DNA from: an uncultured Gemmatimonadales bacterium
Lineage (GTDB): Bacteria > Verrucomicrobiota > Kiritimatiellia > CAXMRT01
Assembly (NCBI GenBank): GCA_964196025.1
Contig: CAXMRT010000098.1
Coordinates: 1-53,156 of the forward strand
DNA length: 53,156 bases
Direction of reading: 5' to 3'
A program made the translations under genes and the position numbers. A model generated the notes under the pieces. That model was not told where the DNA came from. It searched no databases and saw nothing but the letters and a program-made list of their open reading frames with translations. Of the stretch, positions 47,278 to 53,156 are shown one piece after another (positions within the stretch are counted from its first letter, which is position 1; every line of letters begins with the position of its first letter).

Positions 47278-48852
47278 TTAGATATTCACGTAGAAGGAAA
47301 CGTCTGCCGGAATGTCCTTGGCGATGGCATTGAGGACATCATTTGGAAGTTCAACGTTTGCTTTTACGATCGCGATCGAACGGCCGATTACACTGTTATG
47401 TGGTTGGCGCAGGTCTTCGATGTTGATGCCGTTTTCCTCGAAGTGTTTGCCGATCACCGCGACGACGCCGGGGCGGTCATCGTATATGAAAACAGCCGTA
47501 TGTCCGCCGGGCTCAAAGTATAGTTTATCAAACTCGCCAATACGGGAGACCATGAGGTTTCCTTCCGTGATCGTTCCGCGAATGCTTGCGATACGGCGGG
47601 TATCTCTCGAGGTCTCGCTGGTGAGGTCGAGAGTAATCGAGCTTTCGTAGTGCTTGTCCGGGTCAGGCGTGCGATTGATGTAGGAGATGCCCCTTTTGGC
47701 GAGATAGGCTTCGGCCGCAGCGTAGTCCATTGAGCGGTCGAAGTCGTCCAACAAGCCTGCGAGGACCGGGACGAGGAGCCACCTGGAGAAGGGCTGTAGA
47801 GTTCCGTAGAAGCTGGTTTCAATCTTTGTAAACGTTTTGTCGCCGTCGATCATTCGGCAGATCCGAGCCAAGACGTTGGCGAGTTCGCAGTGCTCTTCAT
47901 CAAGCCCTTCGGGGATGTCTCGGTTCACGATGTAGCTCGTGTTGCCTTTTTCATCGAACTCAATCAGCTGTTCAGCGGCGCGGCGGGCAGCGGTGTAGTT
48001 CGCTTCCTGCGTATTGGCGCCGAGGTGAGGAAGCATGAGGTCGGCGATATCGGTCACACTTTTTTCACCCGCGGCATCCTTCGCGTAGACGTCATTCAAG
48101 AAGCGGATGCTTTTGTTTGCTCGTGCACGGCGCATAGCCTCTTCGTCGATGATGCCAGATCGTGCGCAATTGATGATCGTTGCTCCGGATTTCATGAGAC
48201 CGAGTAGGTGATCATTGACCATTCCGCGGGTTTCATCTGTTTCCGGAACATGTAACGAAATGTAGTCGCATTCGGTGAAGATAGAGTCGATGTCCGTGAG
48301 CGTTACCCCAAGGTCTTCGGCGCGCTCGGTTGTGATCATGGGGTCGAAGCCGAGAAGGTTAACTTCGAAGCCTGAGCTTCGCTTGGCGACGAGTTGGCCG
48401 ATGTTGCCCAGCCCGACGATGCCGAGTGTTTTGCCGGTGAGCTCACGGCCCAAAAACTTCTTCTTTTCCCACTTACCTTCACGGGTTGAGGCATCCGCGG
48501 GAATAATGTGACGGGCATCCGCGAGGATCATGGCGATCACTTCTTCGGCCACTGCATTGGCGTTTGCGCCGGGGGTGTTCATCACGTCGATTTTCCGGCC
48601 ACGCGCGTGTTTCGTATCGATGGTGTTATAGCCAGCGCCAGCGCGAATCACGACTTTCAGGTTCGGGAGGGCGTCGATCACCTCTGCGGTGACCTTTTCG
48701 CTACGTACAATGAGGGCGTAGGCATCCGAGTTGTCCGCCGCAATATCACTAATATCGCGCTCGCTGTCGGCAACGACTTCGTAGCCTCCATGATCGCCGA
48801 GGATTTGGGCGACAACACCGTCCAGTTTCGTTGGGATTACGACTTTTTTCAT
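47278..48852 (-). CDS. serA: D-3-phosphoglycerate dehydrogenase (long form with C-terminal ASB/ACT domains)
   Basis: 524-aa ORF with the NAD motif GIVGLGNIGQ and 2-hydroxyacid dehydrogenase catalytic region. A C-terminal ACT-like domain is present. Confidence 0.9.
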   Translation of the reverse strand: MKKVVIPTKLDGVVAQILGDHGGYEVVADSERDISDIAADNSDAYALIVRSEKVTAEVIDALPNLKVVIRAGAGYNTIDTKHARGRKIDVMNTPGANANAVAEEVIAMILADARHIIPADASTREGKWEKKKFLGRELTGKTLGIVGLGNIGQLVAKRSSGFEVNLLGFDPMITTERAEDLGVTLTDIDSIFTECDYISLHVPETDETRGMVNDHLLGLMKSGATIINCARSGIIDEEAMRRARANKSIRFLNDVYAKDAAGEKSVTDIADLMLPHLGANTQEANYTAARRAAEQLIEFDEKGNTSYIVNRDIPEGLDEEHCELANVLARICRMIDGDKTFTKIETSFYGTLQPFSRWLLVPVLAGLLDDFDRSMDYAAAEAYLAKRGISYINRTPDPDKHYESSITLDLTSETSRDTRRIASIRGTITEGNLMVSRIGEFDKLYFEPGGHTAVFIYDDRPGVVAVIGKHFEENGINIEDLRQPHNSVIGRSIAIVKANVELPNDVLNAIAKDIPADVSFYVNI

Positions 48853-49012
48853 ATCTTGTTCTCCAAATAAAAATAGGAGGCGACGTTAGCGCTGTGGGTG
48901 ATGCATGTCAAGAGCAGGCCACGAATGCGTCGCAATTTGTGAAGGAGAAAGTCTGCCATGCAGAGTCGTTTTCCCTTGCGAATAAAGCGAATCCATTGAT
49001 CATAGGGCAGGT

Positions 49013-50020
49013 ATGAAAACTAGACTCATAGTGATGGGGCTCTGCGCCGTGTGTGCCGTGCCGAGCTACGGACAGTATGACCGTGGACAGATGCAACAAC
49101 CGGCCGTGCCGATGGGGACTGCGAGTACGAAGGTGCCTACGCGGAAAAGCCGTCCCATGCTGCATAGAGCCAAGGCGCAGACGCCAGAGGCTCAGCTGAT
49201 TGCGGCGCGGGAGTTGCGAGAGGCCGGAAGATTAAAGGATGCGGGCCGAGCGTTTGAGGCGCTTGTCCGCACCTGGCATGACTCGGATGAGGCAGTACTG
49301 GCACAAACTGAAAACGCTGAGTTACTTGTGACCCGGAAGCGATACACGGATGCGTTCGACGAATATCAGTATTTGATCGATTTCTTTTCAGACGGCTATT
49401 CCTTTACCAACGCCTTAAACAAGCAGTTTAAAATTGCCCACCATGTTATGACCAAAAAGAGCCCGAAGTTTCTCGGGATGGGTAGCGTTGAACGTCCGGA
49501 GCGCGCCTTGAAGCTGTTTGAGGCTCTGGTTGACAATGCGCCAAACTGGGGGCGAGCGCCGCAGGTACATTACATGATGGGGCTCATCCACGAACAAGCA
49601 GATCATTTTTTATTGGCTGCTGACGAGTATCAGATCATACAGGATCGTTTTCCGGGGAGCGAATACGCCGCGGATGCCGCGTTTCGTGAAGCGAATTGCA
49701 CGTACAAGGTGGCGAAGAAGAATCGACGTGATGAAGAAAGTTACCAGCGCGCTCTGGCCAGTATGACCTTATTGATGCGTCGATACCCCGATTACGAAGG
49801 CTTGGACGATGCGCGTAAGATGCAGCAGGAAATCCGCGTCGAGCTTATGAATATGTACTATGAACGTGCTGCGTATTATGACAGGATAGCCAAGAAGCCT
49901 AAGTCAGCGATCGTGATGTATGAAGACCTGATACGCTCATTTCCGTTGTCTGACCGAGCCGCGGAGGCCCGCGAACGGGTAAAAGAGTTGAAAACACAGA
50001 ACGGAGAAACCGACGAATGA
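49013..50020 (+). CDS. TPR-repeat outer-membrane assembly lipoprotein-like protein (BamD/YfiO-like)
   Basis: 335-aa ORF with a signal peptide and TPR-like helices (RFPGSEYAADAAFREA, RYPDYEGLDDA). The family call is tentative. Confidence 0.55.
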   Translation: MKTRLIVMGLCAVCAVPSYGQYDRGQMQQPAVPMGTASTKVPTRKSRPMLHRAKAQTPEAQLIAARELREAGRLKDAGRAFEALVRTWHDSDEAVLAQTENAELLVTRKRYTDAFDEYQYLIDFFSDGYSFTNALNKQFKIAHHVMTKKSPKFLGMGSVERPERALKLFEALVDNAPNWGRAPQVHYMMGLIHEQADHFLLAADEYQIIQDRFPGSEYAADAAFREANCTYKVAKKNRRDEESYQRALASMTLLMRRYPDYEGLDDARKMQQEIRVELMNMYYERAAYYDRIAKKPKSAIVMYEDLIRSFPLSDRAAEARERVKELKTQNGETDE

Positions 50021-50541
50021 AGACATCCTCTTTAAATATGCTGGCGAGTGTCGCCTGTGGCCTGACGGTTCTGTTGTCCTTATCTGGCTGCACGGGCTAT
50101 ACGGTTGGCTCCACGTTGCCACCGGGAATCGCCACCATTTACATCCCGACCTTTACCAATCTATCTGGAGAACCGCAATTGGAGTCGGAGACCACCAATG
50201 CTGCGATCAGCGAGTTTCAGAAGGACGGATCACTCAGAATCGTTTCCGAAGCGCAGGCAGATGCGGTGCTAGAAGTGACGATTACCGATTATAAAATCGT
50301 TCCTCTTCGTTTTGAACAAGATAACCCGACGAGCTCGAACGAGTATCGTATGTTCCTCACCGTCAAGCTGGTGCTGACGCGCACCAAAGATGGTGAGGTA
50401 GTGGTTAAGCGAGAGGGTGTAGAGGGGAATAAGACCTTTACGCGCTCTGGCAGCTTGTCTGCAGCGAAGCAGGCAATTCTACCGGAAGCGGCCCGCGACT
50501 TGGCACATAAGATTGTGGTAAGCGTCGCGGAATATTGGTAA
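50017..50541 (+). CDS. Lipoprotein, LptE-like
   Basis: 174-aa ORF with the lipobox LSLSGC. Size and beta-rich composition are compatible with LptE. It has an ATGA overlap with the preceding gene. Confidence 0.45.
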   Translation: MKTSSLNMLASVACGLTVLLSLSGCTGYTVGSTLPPGIATIYIPTFTNLSGEPQLESETTNAAISEFQKDGSLRIVSEAQADAVLEVTITDYKIVPLRFEQDNPTSSNEYRMFLTVKLVLTRTKDGEVVVKREGVEGNKTFTRSGSLSAAKQAILPEAARDLAHKIVVSVAEYW

Positions 50542-50558
50542 GCGCCGGTTGGCGCTTA
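50539..50558. terminator. Hairpin shared by the convergent lptE-like and rpsT genes; both stop codons lie in the stem
   Basis: TAAGCGCC-GGTT-GGCGCTTA: an 8-bp perfect stem with a tetraloop. No flanking T-run, so terminator function is uncertain. Confidence 0.35.
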
Positions 50559-50816
50559 AACAGCAGCTACTTTTTTGGACATGCGAGACTTGCGACGATT
50601 CGCCGTGTTCTTCGCAAGGATGCCGTGTTTCACAGCTTTGTCCAACTTCGAGCAGTATGACTTGAAGACAGTAGAAACTTCTTCTTTATCTTTACGTTCG
50701 ATTGCAGCAACAAGCTTTGCGCGTTCACGGACACCGCCGCTCTTTTCAGCCTTGTTACGGGCAGTACGCTTCACATCTTGGCGCAATCGCTTTTCTGTAC
50801 TCTTAATGTTTGGCAT
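50556..50816 (-). CDS. rpsT: 30S ribosomal protein S20
   Basis: Homology starts at MPNIKSTEKRLRQDVKRTARNKA (ATG 50816). The 86-aa basic protein is typical of S20. Confidence 0.92.
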   Translation of the reverse strand: MPNIKSTEKRLRQDVKRTARNKAEKSGGVRERAKLVAAIERKDKEEVSTVFKSYCSKLDKAVKHGILAKNTANRRKSRMSKKVAAV

Positions 50817-50954
50817 GACTCCATGCTCCTCAAGGTCTTGTTCTACCGGTATTGGCAGGACGATGATCATAGGGATTTCGCAAGCCAAGTCAACCCAGAA
50901 TTCGAGCCTATTTATCGGTTTTCGACCGGATTCGACAGCAATTGAGGGGTTTTT

Positions 50955-51653
50955 GTGCCGATAGCGCTTTGGAAACGGCTGATTTACCTGCTTTTTGGTG
51001 TCTGCCTCTACCCCGTTTGCTGGCTATTGCTTCGGACGATCTGGTCGCTCCTTGGGCATTTGGACGACGGGTCAGGAGGGGTGAGTCCTGCTCTGGGGTG
51101 GATGCTGGGAGGGTTCCTTCTCGAGGTGGGCCTCTTTTTTACGCTTCCAAGACCCATGCGCACCTATGTCTTGGCGCATGAATTGACCCATGCTCTATGG
51201 GGCGTTTTGATGGGGGCGAAAGTCAAGGGCCTGAAAGTCTCGAAGACCGGAGGGAGTGTGCGTTTGACCCGTACGAATGTGTTGATCGTCTTGGCGCCCT
51301 ACTTTTTCCCTTTCTATACCATGCTCGTGATACCGGCCTACTATCTGATCGGTCTTATGGTTGACGTGAGCGACTATGAATTGTTCTGGTTGGCCTTGGT
51401 TGGCTTCACGTGGGCCTTTCATTTGACCTTTACTGTGGCGGCTCTGCTGGTTCATCAGCCGGATGTTCAGATCTATGGTCGCGTGTTTTCATATGGGCTG
51501 ATTGCCATGATGAACCTGGCAGGCGTGGGCTTATGGATCGTGGCGGTGTCGAGCGCCACCCTCGGTGACTTAGGCATAGAGGTGCAGGCACAGGCGATCG
51601 ATTTTTGGGGCTGGATGCTCGAAATTGCTGAAAATTGGCGAAAAATCGAGTAA
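50955..51653 (+). CDS. Polytopic membrane protein with an HExxH zincin motif (putative intramembrane metalloprotease)
   Basis: GTG start with GAGGGG upstream and about 6 TM helices. HELTHA is embedded next to a TM helix. Confidence 0.6.
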   Translation: MPIALWKRLIYLLFGVCLYPVCWLLLRTIWSLLGHLDDGSGGVSPALGWMLGGFLLEVGLFFTLPRPMRTYVLAHELTHALWGVLMGAKVKGLKVSKTGGSVRLTRTNVLIVLAPYFFPFYTMLVIPAYYLIGLMVDVSDYELFWLALVGFTWAFHLTFTVAALLVHQPDVQIYGRVFSYGLIAMMNLAGVGLWIVAVSSATLGDLGIEVQAQAIDFWGWMLEIAENWRKIE

Positions 51654-51736
51654 GATTCGAAATCTCAGGAATATTTACAATATCTGTCCCCACATAGACG
51701 TTCCTTGGGTGGGCAGAACAGAGGTGTGACGATACG

Positions 51737-52297
51737 ATGGAAGACGCGACCCTGCTAGACAAGTACAGGGAGCATGGCGATGTTCAAGCCCTGGAGCAGC
51801 TCGTTGAGCGCTACCGACGGCCATTGTTCGGATATATTCTGAACATGACCGAAGGCAAGGGTGACGCGGATGAGATCTTTCAAGAGGTCTGGTTCCGGGC
51901 ATTGAAGAAGCTCGATTCGTATTCGCACAAGAGTTTGCTGAGTTGGCTAATGCGCATTGCGCGCAATTTGATAATCGATAAATCGCGCAAACGTAAACCG
52001 GAAGTGAGCTTGGATAAGCCGGTCGGAGATGAGGGTGATACCTCGTTGATTGACTTGGTCGAATCCGACGAACGTAGACCGGACGAAATTTTGACCGGAG
52101 CCGAAATTGAAGGACGAGTCATGGAGGCGGTGAACCTGCTTCCAGAGGAACAGAAGGACGTGTTCCTGATGCGAGTGAAGGCGGACCTTTCATTTAAGGA
52201 AATCGCGGAGATACAGGACGTCTCGATTAACACCGCGCTTGCGCGCATGCAGTATGCACTGACGAAGCTAAGACGTTTGCTGGAAGACGATTTGTAA
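51737..52297 (+). CDS. ECF-type RNA polymerase sigma-70 factor
   Basis: Sigma-2 region (ADEIFQEVWFRAL, WLMRIARNLIIDKSRK) and sigma-4 region (SFKEIAEIQDVSINTALARM). Confidence 0.88.
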   Translation: MEDATLLDKYREHGDVQALEQLVERYRRPLFGYILNMTEGKGDADEIFQEVWFRALKKLDSYSHKSLLSWLMRIARNLIIDKSRKRKPEVSLDKPVGDEGDTSLIDLVESDERRPDEILTGAEIEGRVMEAVNLLPEEQKDVFLMRVKADLSFKEIAEIQDVSINTALARMQYALTKLRRLLEDDL

Positions 52298-52311
52298 GAC
52301 TGGAGAACACG

Positions 52312-52875
52312 ATGATGACATGTACCGAGATACAAGGATGCCTTTTGCTCGCGGAAACCGGTGAGTTGCCCGCGGATCAAGCCGAGACGGTTCGCGTGCA
52401 CATGGAGTCTTGCGCTGCGTGTCAGAGTTTTGATGCGAAGACGAGTCAAATTATGAACCTTGCCGGGCGAGTGTTACCGGACGAGGGCCCCTCAGCGGCC
52501 ATCTTAGCGGCGATTAGCGATGCGGCGTCGCCAAAACTACACGCTCGCGTGGTGCCTTTTCCTCTATCTCGTATGATGTCGATGGCAGCCGCGTTAGTCG
52601 CCTTGATTGCGGTGATTGTGTTGATGAACAATGCGCTAAACGTTCCAGATGGCGGAATGGTGAGCGTGACGACGACCACGCAGCCGAGGGTTGATACGCT
52701 GGTGGCAGACGACGATTTGCAGACTGCCGTAGCGCTGCTGTCTTTCGTCTCAGACGAAAGCGACGACCTACAAGAGCTCGACCTCTCCGCCGCAAGCTCG
52801 CTCAGCGCCCTCGCTGACGAGCTCCTAAAAATGCAAGGCTTCGATCTCTACGACGACAGTTACGCGATTAACTGA
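52312..52875 (+). CDS. Anti-sigma factor (zf-HC2 type), single-pass membrane
   Basis: H-x3-C-x2-C motif (HMESCAACQ) and one TM helix (MMSMAAALVALIAVIVLM). It lies 14 nt downstream of the ECF sigma gene. Confidence 0.75.
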   Translation: MMTCTEIQGCLLLAETGELPADQAETVRVHMESCAACQSFDAKTSQIMNLAGRVLPDEGPSAAILAAISDAASPKLHARVVPFPLSRMMSMAAALVALIAVIVLMNNALNVPDGGMVSVTTTTQPRVDTLVADDDLQTAVALLSFVSDESDDLQELDLSAASSLSALADELLKMQGFDLYDDSYAIN

Positions 52876-52957
52876 GTAGGGGGGGGGATCAGGGTGTGGT
52901 AGGGCGCGAGTTGCGGACGCCTCAGCGATGCATCCCTACCGAACCGCCGCGCGAACG

Positions 52958-53005
52958 CCGGTCCTTGGACCTTGGATATTCCGTGTTGGATATTGGATAT
53001 TGAAC
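52958..53005 (+). repeat. Intergenic repeat R2, copy c
   Basis: CCGGTCCTTGGACCTTGGATATTCCGTGTTGGATATTGGATATTGAAC shares an exact 17-mer with 9623-9667 and contains three GGATATT units. Confidence 0.65.
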
Positions 53006-53055
53006 TCTTCGATTAGCAAAGAGTTGTCCGGAGATGTTGGATTGCCGAGCGCGAC

Positions 53056-53156
53056 CTACGAGCGTGGGGCGTCGGGCCACATGCTTTCTAGGTCGTAGTA
53101 TTCGCGGACGTCGTCTTCGAAGATGTGGACGACGACGTTGATGTAGTCGAGTAGCA
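53056..53156 (-). CDS. rsfS: Ribosomal silencing factor RsfS (C-terminal part; gene runs off the window)
   Basis: The minus-strand translation [32 protein letters not shown]-stop matches the conserved RsfS C-terminus (D..VVH.F....R..Y.LE..W). It is too short to appear in the ORF track. Confidence 0.6.
   Translation of the reverse strand, partial: LLDYINVVVHIFEDDVREYYDLESMWPDAPRS

Noticed and set aside
47257-47290. Possible third R2-like copy (GGGTAGGGCGCGCGCGGGATATTAGATATTCAC)
   Set aside because: The GATATT part lies inside the last codons of serA (..FYVNI-stop). Similarity to R2 is limited to short GATATT and GGTAGGG words, which is insufficient to call a copy.
47174-47290. ECF-type autoregulated promoter upstream of the first sigma gene (GAAAAC ... 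CGTC), and similarly at 51654-51736
   Set aside because: Candidate -35 and -10 words are present, but the spacing (about 12 nt, or more than 20 nt) does not fit the 16-17-nt ECF spacing. I do not call promoters from this.
51880-52449. 189-aa ORF antisense to the second ECF sigma / anti-sigma pair
   Set aside because: Shadow ORF. The plus-strand genes have clear sigma-2/sigma-4 and zf-HC2 motifs.
1-53156. Search for CRISPR arrays, rRNA genes, transposases, integrases, prophage or conjugation genes, toxin-antitoxin pairs, reverse transcriptases
   Set aside because: None found by eye. There are no regularly spaced direct repeats, and no ORF carries DDE, tyrosine or serine recombinase, or RT motifs. 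Apart from the items listed as findings, the window looks like core chromosome.

Overview
This is a 53-kb chromosomal segment, most likely from a PVC-superphylum (Verrucomicrobiota-like) bacterium. That placement rests on a DUF1501 + PSCyt/DUF1549/DUF1553 gene pair and on overall gene content. The window covers the replication-origin neighbourhood (dnaA-dnaN, tRNA-Gln, mnmE-mnmG). It is otherwise dominated by housekeeping genes: leuCD, glpK, glycerate kinase, ppdK, murA, galT, serA, rpsT, rmuC, bamD/lptE-like genes and a partial rsfS at the 3' edge. I see no rRNA, CRISPR array, transposase, integrase or phage genes.

The observations not explained by routine annotation are:
- An orphan two-gene module: a 99-aa acidic protein plus a 923-aa SF2 helicase with an unassigned C-terminal region (31.7-34.8 kb).
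- A ~60-90-nt intergenic repeat family (R1) in four copies. All four sit in 3'-end gaps, and one hairpin shows compensatory base changes between copies.
- A truncated paralog of a 2-TM protein gene. Its 5' breakpoint lies just before (~34 nt from) the core of an R1 copy, and its divergence from the full-length gene is purely synonymous over 38 codons.
- Twin 16-18-bp perfect palindromes inside an apparent in-frame insertion in mnmG.
- A ~110-nt hairpin-capable element in the long leader upstream of leuC.
- A tightly packed rmuC / CPBP-like / small TM / membrane EEP / alpha-beta hydrolase / HAD array.
- A second short repeat (R2), candidate bipartite oriC elements, and MurA carrying Asp at the fosfomycin-target Cys position.

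All product calls come from motif recognition by eye. Repeat boundaries are approximate. No database search or folding computation was possible.
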